In this document: one piece after another, positions 39,953 through 54,520 of the stretch
Numbering within the stretch: position 1 is the stretch's first letter
Layout: the number at the start of each line of letters is the position of its first letter
Assembly: GCF_009914755.1 (NCBI RefSeq)
Contig: NC_060934.1
Origin: the human T2T-CHM13v2.0 reference genome, Homo sapiens
DNA length: 64,000 nucleotides
Direction: 5' to 3' (one strand)
Translations under genes and position numbers: made by a program
The notes under the pieces: generated by a model
What the model saw: only the letters and a program-made list of their open reading frames with translations
Told to the model about the DNA's origin: nothing
Databases searched by the model: none

Positions 39953-41429
39953 GTGGGGGAGGGGGAAGGCTTCTGCTTAAGAACAAGGAAAGCTTCATAA
40001 GGCTGTTTGTTTCAAAGTTTAAAGTGACATACTAGTGAATGAGAAAACTGTTAGTGGTAGAAAGGGTTGATATGCTTTTGCTTGTATGTATACCTTGTGT
40101 GAATGTTTATAAATTTAGAAATTTATAACTAGAGGAATTTGATTCACCTCAACTGACCAATGAATTGTGTTGAATTAAATTAAATTATTATTTGCAATTC
40201 CTCCCTTTAAATGTACTTGTTGAAAGTAAACTTCTTAGAATAGAGAAGACTAGGAGGAGTGAAAATGAGGGTGAAGTTATAAAAAATCAGGAGCAATTTA
40301 AGGACACATATTTAGGGCTAGGAGAAAGGTCCTTCAGAGAACAAGAAATGGATTGGTCTAAGGGAGCATTATTACATTATTACATCCAGCCAGCCCAGTG
40401 TTCAGTCAGGATCTTCCCGCTAATATTTTTCACCTAATTTTTACCCCTACTTATTTCCAAATGGTTATCATCTATCTCCCATGCCTTTTCTGATTCAGTA
40501 CCATAAACTACAGGAACACATGACCCAGGATCAGAATTGGTACTTACCCCAACACACATCCATAGTGAACATCTTAGCATTCTTTTCTGCTAAAGCAGGA
40601 ATCAGTTTATTAACCTAGTTCTCCAGCTACCCATACTCATCAAGAGGAGTTGATTCATGCATTAAATCAATATGCCATTCCAGACAAATCTCTCAGGGAT
40701 AATTCTGTGGAATGTGGTATACATAAACGATAAACCCACCCAAAAAGGTAACTCTGAACTAATGATAAACCTAGGCACTAGGCCCAGAAGAAGTGCAAAA
40801 AATAATTTTCAGAATGAAGAATCAAACACCCATGGAGATAAGCACCATATTCCATAAAAAGCACAGACACCCTTGACCACAGCAGCTCCATAGCTCTTTG
40901 GCTCACTGTTGTCCTTTGCCCTGTCAGCTGCTTTTTCCTCACAGAGAAAGGAGGAGTGAGGGGAGGCAGGAGGAGTTACTGTCCTGCCTGCTCATCATGT
41001 AACTAAGCCATAGTCCTTGGAACCCAACCATTTCTTCTCTCTCAAGGGTTCTTTCCCCAGAGTAGAACTTATATCCCTAAGCTGCACCAACACTCCCAGC
41101 ATAGCTCCAGCTCTGTGATTGCTGTCTCTCACTGCATGCCCCTCAAGTTTCCCTGCAGCACTGGTATTTGGCCTGTTACAGGCCTACACAATCTAAGTCA
41201 GTCTCTCTGTGCCTTCAGTAGGGCTAATCTGATTTAATCCATCTATGGTACTATACTTTTGCCATAGGGCCTCACTCTCCTCAGAGGTTACAAGAGCATT
41301 TTAGCAACAGTCTTCCAAATGAAAGGCCAGCAACTTTGTTGTCTGCTCAAAAGTGTGAGTCTTTGGAGACAGTTCAGTATAAGCAGGATTATCTCTGGAT
41401 TGTATAGAAGGTTCACGGAGTGAGGAGGA

Positions 41430-41660
41430 ATAGTGGAACACAGCATTTAAGAACTTTGGCTCTCCCATCAGATGGACTGCATTGAAATGCTAGATTTGCC
41501 ACTTATTAACTGTGCGGACTTCAGCAAGTCATTTGGTTTCTCCCAGTTTCCTTTTCTATAAGGTCAGAATGAAAATTACAGTGAATGAAGTCCTGCATTA
41601 TACTTGGCCTACTGCCTGGTACATAGTAAGCACTCAGTAAATATTAACTGGTCTCACTAC
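41430..41660 (+). mobile_element. MIR SINE
   Basis: ttgccacttattaactgtgcggacttcagcaagtca...tgcctggtacatagtaagcactcagtaaat. Confidence 0.7.
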
Positions 41661-42393
41661 TTTTATTATTACTTATGTCACATCTCATTTCACATCGCAG
41701 AAATAGCAACATATCTGATAGTATAACCTATCCAGATGGATCTTGTTCAGGAAGTCTCCTCCTCAACATTTCTACTGGTTGCTAGAAGCCAGAGATCTTG
41801 CCATTTTGTTTGTCCTTTCTTTTCCCATGGAATATGCATAGTATAATTTTTTAGTAGACCCTACAAAAATTGTGGATGATGGATTTGAGCTTTTTCTATA
41901 TTGTTGGTTGGCCCAATGTTTTCTTTGAACTACTTGGGAAATCATACAGATACCAAGACTTGAAGATTTAAAATTTGCTTCTCGAAGTTTTACTTGATCT
42001 GCTCAGACAGCTATGGTGCCAGATAAATGACTTCAGACTAGGAAGCTCTTTTTCTTTTATGACAGAGCTACCATCTTGGCATCTGAATTTGAAATCCTAG
42101 TAGCTTTTGCCTCTTTTTCTTCCCCTTTTTCTTTATTTCATTTTAGGAGTGACCTTTTTATCTGTAAAAGTATCCTTATGAAAGGAATACATGTTCACTG
42201 TAAGAAAGCTGAAGCGATTAAAACATACATAAGGTGAAAACAGAAGTTCACTTGGCTCAGCAATAATTCCACTTCTCCTGTATTTCCCTCTAGCCTTTTC
42301 TCTATGCACATATACATGAAATCATGTATAGAAGTGTTGGTATAACTAAACATTAATTTACCTTTGCAAGATAATGGAGTAATATTCTAGGTA

Positions 42394-42850
42394 TTGTGGC
42401 AGGCACTGCCCACTCAATGTCTATTATCCTTTCTTAACTAACATAAACTCCAATTTTGTTCAAAGCAGCTTTGTATCCAATTCAAAAACTACTTTTCCTA
42501 ACATTACTTATAGCTACGGATCATCTTGTGCCACAGTTCTAGCTAATGAGATGGAAGCAGAAATCTGCTGAAGATTTCTAAAAGTTTTGCTCTCCTAATG
42601 TAGGTGCCATCCCTGCTTCTTCATTTTTCCTTCTCACTCCTACCTGAAAGGAAAATGGAAGACCAGAGATGGAAACTTGTGACCAAAGCTTCCTGTTAAG
42701 GATCACAGAGAAGAAATATAGGAAGGAGCTGGGTCCCTGATGAAATTTGTGGTGCTTTACACTAAGTTCTCCCTGGGTTTATGCCCTTTGATTCCTTGTT
42801 ACAGAAGAAAAGTAAGTCTTATTATGTATAGCAGGGCCACAGTTGTGTAA
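42394..42850 (+). mobile_element. MLT1J-like MaLR LTR
   Basis: tgtggcaggcactgccc...cagttctagctaatgagatggaagcagaa...ggaaggagctgggtccctgatg. Confidence 0.65.
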
Positions 42851-44276
42851 CAGCTATGCGGAGATATTGATCCTTGCATCCCTCTGAGTTGAAATGTAAA
42901 AGAGAGGATGAGGGGGCCTGGGAAGAGATGTCCTTAGTTGACTCCTTCAGTCCACAAATAGCCCTCTCCTCCCATATTTTATAAAAATATAATATATTTT
43001 ATACGATATTATAAAAATATAATTGTGTATGAGTATCATGATGGAAAAAAGAAATTAAACCTGCATGTGTAGATTTCTGTATTAGATTTGAATCAATCCT
43101 AATTGATACAGCTATTGGTCTTCATTTTCCTTTTTATACTACAGAATATCTTAACTATCTATTCATTCATATATATAGCATTTTCTTTACATATCAATAC
43201 AGTATTCTGTGCCATAGATGTTCTACGGCATGGCATTCTCTATATGATAGTTGTTCATTTTCTTTTTTCTTTCATTCTCTCTCTCTCTCTCTTTTCTCCT
43301 CATTTCACCAATACTGCACTGAGTATTTCTATGAGTATTTGTGCACTTTTATAATTTTCCCTTCAGAAAAAAATTACAAAAGTGGAATTGCTTGGTGAAG
43401 AATATGTATCATTTAAGTGTTTAACTGCTCACAGATACTGACATAATCAAATTGCCTTTCAAACTGATACCAATGTACATTTCCACCAACAGTAAATCTG
43501 CTTGTTTTCCCAACCCTAGCCATTATGGGTTGCAATCCATCTTTTTATTCATTATCAATCTTATTTTTTCTGTTTTGCCATCTTTGGTCTGAAGGTTGAA
43601 AGCAGAGAAAAAAATAGAGATTGAGATATCTAAAATCTTCATCCCATCATATGACTGTAATATGAGAAAAACGCTAGAGGAAAACTAACCATGAAGCTAT
43701 ATCTCATAAAGAGCTTATGTGGCACTGAAGTTTTCAGGGGAAATTTGGGAAAATGCATTTTATATTTCTGGGGAAAATTACCAAATGTAGTTTATTGCCA
43801 ACACCATTTGGTGTTCCAGAGAAATGGGCCCTTTCTTACAATGTTGTGGTTTATATCAATTGGTGTTAACATTTCATAGTAATTTTGCAATGAGAATTAA
43901 ACATTTAGAAGTGTATCCATCTCTATTTCAATATTTTTAAAAAGTTCTAATAGTCATAAAATCAAATATTTATTTACAAGGATGTTTGCTATAGCATTAT
44001 TCGGAATAGAAAAAATTATCTGAAAATAAAATTTGAAACTACCAATAAGTACTTTATTAAATAGTTTATTTGATACCCACACATTTGATGCCCATAGTAT
44101 TATTTAGTAATTTAAAAAGTCATGTTTAAATGATAATTTTTGAGTGAGAAAATATTTCTGAAATATCAAGAGACAAAGAAGGATACACAAGAATATATAT
44201 ATATAATATGACACCCTTTTAATGGTACATATGGAAGATATTTACACCAAAATATTCACCATGAGTATAAAAGATA

Positions 44277-44697
44277 TGATATGGCTTGGATCTGTGGCCC
44301 TGCCCAAATGTCATGTCAAATTGTAATCCCCAACATTGGAGGTGGGGCCTGGTGGGAATTGATTAGATCATGGGGGCAGTTTCTCATCAATGGTTTAGCA
44401 CCATCTCTCTTGGTGCTGTTCTCATGAGAGAGTTCTCATGAAATCTGGTTGGTTAAGTGTGTCTGTAGCACCTCCCCACCTCTCTCTTGATCCTGCTCTG
44501 GCTGTGTAAGAAGGGCCTGCTTCCCCTTTGCCTTCCTCCATTACTGTAAGTTTCCTAAGGCCTCCCTAGAAGCCAAGCTGATGCCAGCATCACGCTTGTT
44601 ATACAGTCTGCAGAACTGTGAGCCAATAAACCTGTTTCCTTATAAATTACCCAGTCTCAGGTATTTCTTCATAGCAATGCAAGAATACACTAATACA
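44277..44697 (+). mobile_element. MSTA (MaLR) solo LTR
   Basis: TGATATGGCTTGGATCTGTG...CACTAATACA; TSD agata/agatg. Confidence 0.9.
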
Positions 44698-45099
44698 AGA
44701 TGGTTGAGATCACGAATGAAATTTTATTGACTTCCTCTCTTCTTTTTTAGTAGTTTAAAGTTTTATACTTTAAATAATTATTCTTTATGCAATCAGAAAA
44801 AGGATATATTAACAAAATAGTGAAAAACTTAAAAATAGTAGTGATGTTCCTTTAAATTTCCTAGGGAAGATGGTGTGGCCTTTTTATTTTCACATCACAC
44901 AGGTAACATGCCACAGTCACAACAATTTTTGAGGGAAGCTCATCTCACACATGAGCCTAAAAACCCAGTCACACTTGTGAGATACAAAAGAATCAATGTG
45001 TTCTTTTGAGAAATACAAGTAGGGTTGAGAAATATAAGTAAGTTTGAGAAAAAGCTGAAAGCCTAATAAATAAGTACTAAAGCCATGCTAATGAATAAA

Positions 45100-46625
45100 G
45101 AGACTCGACATGGTAAAAATGTCTACAAATTTAATGAAAATTCAATCAAATTTCAAACAAGTTTGTGTGTATGTGTATGTGTGTGTAAGTGTGTACATGT
45201 AGAAAGTAACAAGATGTCTCTATAATTTATATCAGAAATGCAAAATCTAAGAAATGCAAAAATCTAAGACAATATTACAGAGGAAAAACAAACCTTACTA
45301 GCTTATACACTACTAGATGTTAAGAAATGTTGTAATTAAGCAGTTTCAGTGTGGTACTTGTGCAAGAATAGACACACAGACCAATGAAACAGATAGAGGG
45401 TCCAGAAACAGACCTACATATTCAAGGTCACTTGATTGTTGGAGTGCAGTGGGGTCACGGAAAGGATGATTTTAATAAACGATGTTGAGCCAAGTGGATA
45501 TACATATTGAACAAAATAAAGTTTCATTCCTAATTTTTGTTTTCACTGGAAATAGAAATTAATTTCAGATGGACAGATGGTAGACTGAAATACGATAGGT
45601 AAAGCAATGAAGTTCCTAGGTTAAAACTTAGTAAGAATGTCTTTATGACCTTGATGCAATCTAGAAGCACTAACCATAAAGAAAAAAAGATACATTGGAT
45701 GCTACTGTAATTAAGAATGAGAGTCCATCAAATCATATTTTTAAGGCAGTGATAAGACAAGCCACAGAATGAACAAAGATATTGCAATACAGATATCACC
45801 AAAAATTTCATATACAGAATATATATTTTAAAACTCCCAAAAGTGAATAGAAAAAAAATCAGATAACATAATAGATAAAGTAGGCAAAAGAAATGAAAAG
45901 ACACTTTACAAAAGAAGATATTCAAATGACCAACCAACGTAGGAAAAAAGTTCAAATGCTGATTGAAACCAATATAATTTCACAATTACAAGAATAGCTA
46001 AAATAAATAAGCAATCCCAAGTGTTGGTGATTTTGTGAATCAACCAGAACTCTCCTAAATTCTTGGTGGGAGTATGGGTTGATATAAATACTTTGGAATA
46101 CTATTTGACTGTATCTAGGAAAGCTGACCATGAACATTCTCTATGACTTGGCAATTTCCTTTGCGAGCGTATGTCCAGAAGAAATGCATACATATAGTCA
46201 CAATAAAACATGTAAAAAAATGTGCATGGCAGAATTTTTTGTGCCAGCACCAAACCAAAACTATCTCAAATGTCCATCAAGAATAGAATGAATGCCTAAA
46301 TTGTGGAATTTTCATACAACAGCAGAAAAACAATGCTACATGTAACATATATAATTTTCACAAATATAATGTTGAACAAAAGAAGCCGGTATAAACTGTA
46401 TTATTTCACTAGTATAAATAAAAAGCAGGAAAGAAGTAATCTATGTGTTATATATGAGCATAGTGGCTATCCTTGGAAGAGTAGTACCTGGTAAGGGCAT
46501 AAAGGTACTGATAATGTTTTATGTATTGATTTACTTGCTGATTATCTGGTATGTTCACTTGTAAAATTTCACTAAGCTGAACACTTGAATGTGTGTTATA
46601 CTTTAATAAAATATATACTTTAAAA
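45100..46625 (+). mobile_element. Old L1M (L1ME-like) ORF2 3' part and 3' UTR
   Basis: cagtgtggtacttg...agaccaatgaaacagatagagggtccagaaacagacc...aaatgtccatcaa...ttatactttaataaaa. Confidence 0.8.
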
Positions 46626-47196
46626 GAAGCTGCTAAAGAAACCATTTGTATGTTTATATCAAGTTACCTGGTGGAAAAATTAGTTAGAACATGATTTAAA
46701 AACTTTTTTTAAGTTTAAGATAAACCTAGTTGCCAAAAACCCAGTGTGGCCTCAAGCTTCTATGTGTGTTGAAGTCTTGAGACCTAGACAGGATATAGGT
46801 TCCAATCATATTTTCTTCTTCAAGTTTCCTGATCTCTGAATTGGCTCTTCCAGTAAGTTCTTGACTTGGCCCCTCTTGGTAATTGTCTGATTTTGGTGCT
46901 CCAGTCCTTGGCTTCCTGCCTGACTCCAGCTTGGCTCAGCCCCAGTGTGTGATACCAGGTCCCAGTCCATGACTGACTTTTTGTCTGAATCGACTCATGG
47001 TTTCATCTCCCCAGTTTTTGCCCCATACCAGCAGTGTCTGATAAGCTTCCAACATGGGTTGATGAAATCACTTTTCAGATAAACCTTGAGAGAAAAAATT
47101 AAAACATTGAAAAAGATTTGTAGACAAAAATAGATTTTCTCTCCATTATGACTTATATAAAAGAAACAAAAGCAGAAACAAAAACTTTTGCTTTAC

Positions 47197-47273
47197 CGTC
47201 TTTTTTCTGTGATAGAGATTCTTTGCTTTGTTAGAAACAAAAAGCAAAGAATCTCTATCACAGAAAAAAGATA
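47197..47273 (-). ncRNA. MIR4679-2: Antisense pre-miRNA hairpin; identical mature sequence from 47243-47264
   Basis: The palindrome gives the same 22-mer on the minus strand; I recall it being annotated as a second locus. Confidence 0.85.
47198..47272 (+). ncRNA. MIR4679-1: pre-miRNA hairpin; mature miR-4679 at 47206-47227
   Basis: Perfect 31-bp stem (47199-47229 with 47241-47271). TCTGTGATAGAGATTCTTTGCT matches my recollection of mature hsa-miR-4679. Confidence 0.88.
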
Positions 47274-50029
47274 GTAATAAGCACAGATGCCCAAAGAAGC
47301 CAGGCAGACTTTTTTTTTAAAGGTTTAAGTTTTATATAAAATGAACTTTTCTATTAAAAGAAAAACAGATGATTTTTTTCCATTTTTTTCTAGAATTATA
47401 CAGCTCTCAGTCTAAATTTGTAACACAGAGAAATATGTGCTTACTATATATATGAAAAATAACAGTGCCAATACCTATTAATAGTAATCCCTTTTAGGGC
47501 AAACGTGGACTGTAGTAAGTTGTAGAGCCTATGCCTTATCTACAGCAAGTAGCTGCTATTCTGTTCCGTGTGTGATATTGTGGAGATGTGCAGACCTAGT
47601 GCAAGAAGAGATAGAACCTATGCTTTTAGGTAAAATCTCCTGGTTTGTAAATTTAAATTCAAACAATTTAAAAGACTGTGAATGTCAAATAAAATATGTT
47701 TGGAGCTGGATTTGGCTCAGAGACAATTAGTTTGTAACCTCTTCTAAGGGTTAGCTGTATATTCAAGATCTCTTCATTAAAGAAATTCCGGAGGACTATT
47801 CACGATGAAAATAACTAGAGATTTCAGTGTCCTGTAAAAGTCTTGGACCAATCAAGGAAGAGTCCATTTCAACCACTTTTTTTTTCTCAGATTCAGAGAC
47901 AGAATCAGATTTAAGTAGATTAGCCCATTCATTCATTTATTTATTAACTCAACAAGCATTTATTTGGCAGCTGCTCTTTCCAGATGTACCTCAACTTGTT
48001 TCAATTCAAATTATTTAATTAGTTTCAAGTGGAAAACCAAATGAAAGCAAATTCACAAATAACAAAAGATTTTGCTCAAATGATAGCCCTAGGCTTAAAT
48101 TTCAAAACCATGACCCCTCTCTGGAAAAATATTTGTGCATCAATTGGCTTTTATGGTAGTAACTTAGAGGTCATTCAAGGAATCTGGAAGAAAATTAAAA
48201 GCCTCTGAAAGCTGACTTTTTCAACCAAAGGGAAAAAAAGACTCAGTAGGCACAAACAATTCAATAAATGAATGCATGCAGAATGATATTTAGAAGTGAA
48301 AATAGCAATTAGGGCTAAGGTTCTAAGGGTCAAGGAGAGTTTTAAGAGTAAAATTTTGTACATATGTAAGTGGTCTCACTATTCCACTTCCAAGTCTATT
48401 TTTGTTTTAAAGGGAAAGGCATAAAGAATAAAATGTCAGTCACCCCAACATTTTTTTTTTACTTTTGTGTGTGTGTGTGTGTGCTTTTTCTTCCCTAATA
48501 GGAGGAGAGTTGAGATCACTACTCTTTTCTCTTGTTATTGTCTCTGGGGTCTAGTTTTTCCTTCTACAGGCCAATCTTTAATAAATATTTTTCTTCTCAC
48601 AATGTCACTCGAAGAACCCAAACACTAATTCTTTTAAATGACAATGATTATCCTTTTATGCAACATCAATTCTCCAAGCTACTCGGGGGCTTCCCAGAGA
48701 AGATGTTGAAGCTGCCAACTCAACTCTTATTGAGTGGAGTCACTGTGAATTCTTTCCTGGAACCAAAGTGCGTCTTTTCCAAACTCTGTTTACAAAATTC
48801 AATTTCTTCACTCTTCAGTTCCAATACAGCTACTGACAAAGAAAAACGAGCACATTCTTTAGCAATTCCAAGGTCAAGATCATGGGACAAAAGGGCTCTG
48901 TGGTTTGTTTCTTCTTACCAATATCTTGTGCAGATGAAAAAGGGCTGGTAAATTTCCCTATAATAAGGTCGTCAAACTCATGTTTGATTCAGAGAAAAAA
49001 ACTGTGGACTGTATTTTGTTTGCTTAGCCCTCATCCTAAGTAGAAAAGAATGGAAATGCTTAGAAAACTCTCCCTGGCAAGCTCTCCCTGTCTGCCCGTA
49101 ACCTTCCTGAGCCTGTATTCCTTTCTCCATACCTGCTTCTCCTGGCCTCACATCTGCTGATTTATGAGCATAGGATGATGCCTTGGTGACAACAGGATAT
49201 GGCTCCCTGCCTCCTAGATTTCTCTGCAATGACATTTTCTAGAAGAAGACAGTCTGTGAAGTTTACCTAGCACGATATTTTAAAAGTCCTAGATTTAGAG
49301 TCAGAATTCTAGCTGGATAAATCAACCTCGATAGCTATAGTTTCCTTATCTATATAATGGTGTTAAATATCCACATCACACAATTGAAATAAAAATTAAA
49401 TTGAAAAATATAAAATATCCAGAATGGTGCTTTGTGCAAAGGAAGTTCTCTATTAATGATGGCTGAATTTGAATTCCTAAGAGAAATGGCATCTTGAACA
49501 TTGATCATGTATTATTTGCAAAACTTTAAGAGAAGAGGCAATGCAAATTATCCACAAATATGTCTGTTTTCTTTCTCCAAAAGAATTGAATATATTACAA
49601 TATTAGTAAACTAAACACAAATTATTTTGTCAAAATAGATGCAGACTTCCAAGCTGTATAGTTAGTAACACTATCACTGGAAAACTCACATTTTTCCCCA
49701 AAGAAACCCCTACAAGCTTTGAAATTCCAAATTCAACTATCCAGAAAATTAATATAAAGGTCAATATGGGACAGTCTTTCTAGTTGAAAATACTATTGAT
49801 TTTTTTTCCACTCAACCATTTTTGAAATCTGAAAAATAGGTTAACTATATTTTAAACATTCACTTTGGTCTATCTGGTTCTTTATGGTTAAAAGTTATGG
49901 GATCTGGCCAGGCTTTTCTCTGGAATCAAGGATCATTGTCTGAGAAAGATCAAAACCACTCACTGTCTTGAGAGACTGACAGTTTGCCCTCTTCACTGAG
50001 CCTCTGCAGGGAAAACTGCATACATGTAC

Positions 50030-50740
50030 TTTAAAAGCATTCTATTGAAGTACAACATACCTGCAGAAAAGTATGTACATCCTAAGTGTTCAGCACAACA
50101 AATTTTCACAAACTAATCACATTTACATAACCAGAAGCCAAATAAAAAATCAGGATAACAACAGGATCTCAGAAACCCCCCCAGGCTCCCTCCAGCCCTG
50201 CCCATCCAGGGGTAACCTAGCAGCATAGAGGAGTTCCACTAGTTTTTGTGTTATATAAAATGGCTCATACAGTATGTACTCTTTTTTGGTCTGGCTTTTT
50301 TCGCTCAACACCATGTCTGTGAGACTCCTCCATATTTTTGCATGTGTCTGTAGATCAGTGTAATATTTCATTGTGTGGATATATCACATTTGTTCACCTA
50401 TCATGCTGATGGGTATTGGGGATTGCCCCCCACACCCAGTTTTTGACTTTTACAACTAATGCTGCAATAAGCATTTCAGTGATTGTATTTTGAGGAGCAT
50501 ATTGCATGTTATTTTTTTGGTTATATACCTAAAAGTGGAATTGCCAGATCAAAAAATAAGGATGCCTTTAGCTTTAGTAGATAATAAATACTAACTGTAC
50601 AAAGTGGCTATTTCAAATTATACTCAACTGAAGTATGTGAGAATTCTGATTTATCCACATATTCATTAATCCTTACTATTATCAGTCTTTTTAAATATTA
50701 GCCATTCTTGTTTGTGTATAGTGATATTATATAGAAATCT
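50030..50740 (-). mobile_element. Old L1M 3' region fragment
   Basis: tattgaagtacaacatac...cagtatgtactcttttttggtctggc...atatacctaaaagtggaattgc...agccattct. Confidence 0.8.
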
Positions 50741-51634
50741 CATGTGTATTTATTTTCAAATACACTTATTTGAAGGAAGAAAAAAGTGATATATCATCCT
50801 GATCCTGAAGAAGTGCAATCAGAGAAGGAATTTTTAGAATCAATAACCAAACTCCCACAGAGATGAACTACCAACATATTCACAGAGACATTTGAGCACA
50901 GCACAGCTGTGTAATATTATCCAGCTTCCTAATTTGTCCAGTCTAACAAGTAAGGTGACAGTTGATTTTTTTTAATTTGACTATTAGACTACTTATCTAG
51001 TAGTCTATTATTGTTTTTCTTGTTGATTTGCAGGAGCTTCTTGTATTTTCCAGATATTAATCCCTTACAAGTTTTAAATACCAAAAGCTTCTTATAAGCA
51101 GCCATACTTATGAATTATTTACAGTACTCATTTAATATATCTAAATTTGTGTTGTGTCCAAAATCCTTTTTCATTCTATTTCACTTATACCTTCCCGTTT
51201 TATTATTGATCAGTCTTGCAAATAAATAAGAATGCTATTTATAAAAGGATAAATGTAGTGAACCAAAGTCCTATAAATGTATCATTTCTTCTCAAAATAA
51301 TTTCCAAGTTTAATACAATCAATTGAAAATATCACTAGATGATTTTTTAGAAACCTGGTACAATGATTTCAAAGTTCATCTGTATGAATAAAGATAATGG
51401 AGTAGTTAGGAAAAAAATTGAAAAATTAAAACAGTGAGAATTGACCTCACAGGTATTAAAATGCATTTGAAACTACCAAAAGAAAGAAAGAAACAGAGAA
51501 TGGCATTGATTCATGACAGAACAGGAAGACCAGGATAGCAATTAAAATAATTGGAGTATATGTACTCACATACACATTAAAGGAAAATCACACAACAGCA
51601 AGAAAAGTGTAAATTATTAAATAAATGAGATTGA

Positions 51635-51860
51635 AAGGCAGTATAGCAAAGTGCACCATGGACTCTGGAGCCCACCTGCCTAACTCCAAATCTGGGCTCA
51701 TCTATTTACTCCCATTTTTTTTTACCTAAGATAAGTCACTTAACCTCTCTGTGTCACTGTTTCCTCATTCGCAAAGTGAAGATTATTAGTTATTACATGA
51801 AAAAATGCTTTGAATAGTACCTGGCATATACAAAGTAAAGTATTTAAGTGTTAGCTATTA
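51635..51860 (+). mobile_element. MIR SINE
   Basis: ggactctggagccc...aagtcacttaacctctctgtg...gtttcctcat...tacctggcatata. Confidence 0.75.
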
Positions 51861-52379
51861 TTTTTCTCTTTTAAGATGCCAAATTAAAGTTCTAATCATT
51901 TCCTTCTTTGTGATTCAATACAAAATCACAAAAAAGGGACAATGAAACACAGAATCTGTAACCCAAGCCATTACAGAAGAAAGGTTGTCAAGCGTAGGGA
52001 AGATCAAACTAAGCTTTGAAATGCCACTGAAGGAGAATACCTAAAGCTGGCAGAGAAGGGGCTGCAAAGAAAGTGATACAACCCAGGAGGCAAAGTCAGC
52101 AATTCTTTGTTTGGAACGGGGCATGAAGGCCAGAAGCTGAAGTTTCCTTGGTCTTATTTGTCTCCATGGAAGAGCAGAGAAGAGATAACTGAAGGGGGAA
52201 ACTCACAAACCCACAATCTTTGTAGGAAGTAGTCTGTCAGTGAGACAGGGAAAGGAGAGAGACTAAATTCTGAGCAACTCTGACGTTGCTGTCCTTGTTT
52301 TCTGGGGAGAAGTAATATTAATAGCTAAAAGAATTCTCTTTTAATGCTTTTTTATTACGATTATGAAACACAATGGGAG

Positions 52380-52443
52380 ATTAAAGACCATTAAAAGACC
52401 ATTAAGACCATTAAAAACCATTAAGACCATTAAAAACATATTA
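52380..52443. repeat. Short 9-11 bp tandem repeat (attaa(a)gacc)
   Basis: attaaagacc attaaaagacc attaagacc attaaaaacc attaagacc attaaaaac. Confidence 0.9.
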
Positions 52444-54063
52444 GGTGTATGTTTATTTAACAAACACAATTTGTTGATTGTGTTTGGTGTTTAGTTATCT
52501 TCACTAAATAAAGCCAAACACAGATAGAGAAAGATTTTTTTTAAAGCAGTGAAAAAAGAAAGCACAACAAAATTAAGACATAATATATCTGTATTATCAA
52601 AAAAAAGTAAATAGGATAACATTACCTACTGCAGGGACAAGTTGATTTCTGGGCAGAAGACATTGGAAGAGACAAATAAGTGTCCTATATAATGATAAAA
52701 TGTCAAATCCATGTAGATGAATAATAGCATCAATATTCATAAAGTGAAATTGTAGAAAACACAAGAAATAGAAATATAGTCACAGTTGAAGATGTTAATT
52801 TGTATCTATTGACCTACAACAGGACAAATTCAAAACTCTGAGAAACAGAGAACAAAATAATTTAATAGATTATATGTTCATACACATTCACAAACACATA
52901 AACATTCACAGAATTTGTACATTTTTTAGTGATTATGAAACACAATAAGAGACCATATATTAAGATACAAATAACACTGAATAAATTCCAAAAAATAGAA
53001 CATACACATGATATTTCCATAATATAATAAAATTAAAACATAAAAACAAAACTAGGAGGAAAAGCTTATCACCTGGAGATTAATTTTCTTAAAAAGCCCT
53101 CTTTCTTCAAATCTAGGAACAAAATAAAAGTCAACATCTAAATTACAAAATATCTAGAAAATATTAGTTAAATTTGTCTATAAGAGAACCCATGGAGGTG
53201 CAGCTATTCTGCTCAGAGTGGGGTAAAGTGATGTTGGGGAATTCAGATACTTTGGGATAAAATTTTTTAACCTCTTAATCTGAAACAAAATAAGTTTGAG
53301 ATGGATTGAAGAATTAAATGTATTAAGAAGTTGGAGAGAGACTACAAAAGAGAGATAAAAAGGAGTATAATGGAATAGTATACAGCTGACAAACACTCAC
53401 ACTGAAAACAATTAGAATAGAGAAAAACTAGCAGAAAACATCTGCTTTAAGCCACCAGAAAGTTTTCAAAGTAACCGGAACCTAAGACAAAATACAGAGA
53501 AGGGATCACTGCAACAGAGATGAGCTGCCATTCTGAATCCATTTTTTCATTCAAGGCATTTGCTACTAAAAGAAATTGAGTATGCGGGTGGAAGGCTCAG
53601 GCCACCTGCCAGGAAGCAGAAAAGCCAGCAAAGCTTTTGGCTGACTCTTTGGGTTAGACTAACCAAAATTAGAGACCTTGAGGGCCAAGAAGTCTCCTGA
53701 AAAGGAAAGAGTAGCGAACTGAGTCCAATGTTTTGCTATCTTTCTCCTTAAGACATTTGTTGAATTCTGAAGTTGCACATGGAAGGAGGCTAAGAAGTGG
53801 AACAGAAAACCTCTGAGAAGCAGAGAGGCATTAGGGCAGTTTCCAAGCGTTGATACGACAGCTAGAATGCAGGATCCACCTGTAGCAAGAGATCCCAGAG
53901 ACCAACTCTGGATTTCAAGTAGGACACTGGGAGGCCATATTGTGTTAACAGGGTCCCCGAGTCCCTGAGAAATAAGCCCCTTGTCTACCTGGTGTTCAGT
54001 CTCAGGGGTTAAGAGGTAGCCGCTATTTCCTGGTTACTTAGGGTTTTAGCCCTAGTGACCAGG

Positions 54064-54520
54064 TGTGATAGCTAATTTTATGTGTCAGCTTGGTGAGGCA
54101 ATGGTGCCCAGTTATTTGGTTGAACACTAGCCTGATGCTGCAATGAGGTATTTTGTAGATCTGATTAATCTTTACAATCAGTTGACTTTACAGACAGGAG
54201 ATTATTCTTGATAATGGAGTGAGCTTCATTCAATCAGGATTTAAGAGCAGAAACTGGGGGTTACTGAAGAATAAGCATTTTTGCCTCAAGACTGAAACAT
54301 AGAAATCCTGCCTGAGTATCCAGCTTGCTGGTCAGACCTACAGATTTTAGGCTCAGGACAGAGACTTCCAACTCTTGCCTGAGTTTCCAGCCTGCTACCC
54401 ACACAAGACAGTTCAAACTTACCAGCACCACAATGATATGAGCTAATTCTTTCAATCTCCCCCTCTCTCTCCTCTCTCTCTCTTTCTTACCATATATATT
54501 AATATATGATATATATCATA
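54064..54520 (+). mobile_element. MLT2 (HERV-L, MLT2D-like) LTR
   Basis: TGTGATAGCTAATTTTATGTGTCAGCTTGG...gtgcccag...caatcagttgacttt...cctgcctgagtttccagcctgc. Confidence 0.8.

Noticed and set aside
42974-43022. AT-rich quasi-palindrome
   Set aside because: Low-complexity AT sequence; self-complementarity is expected by chance.
48532-48951. 139-aa ORF in unique sequence
   Set aside because: Non-ATG start, no recognisable homology or splice structure.
50984-51007. 9-bp stem hairpin tagactact/agtagtcta
   Set aside because: Too short to distinguish from chance in 64 kb.
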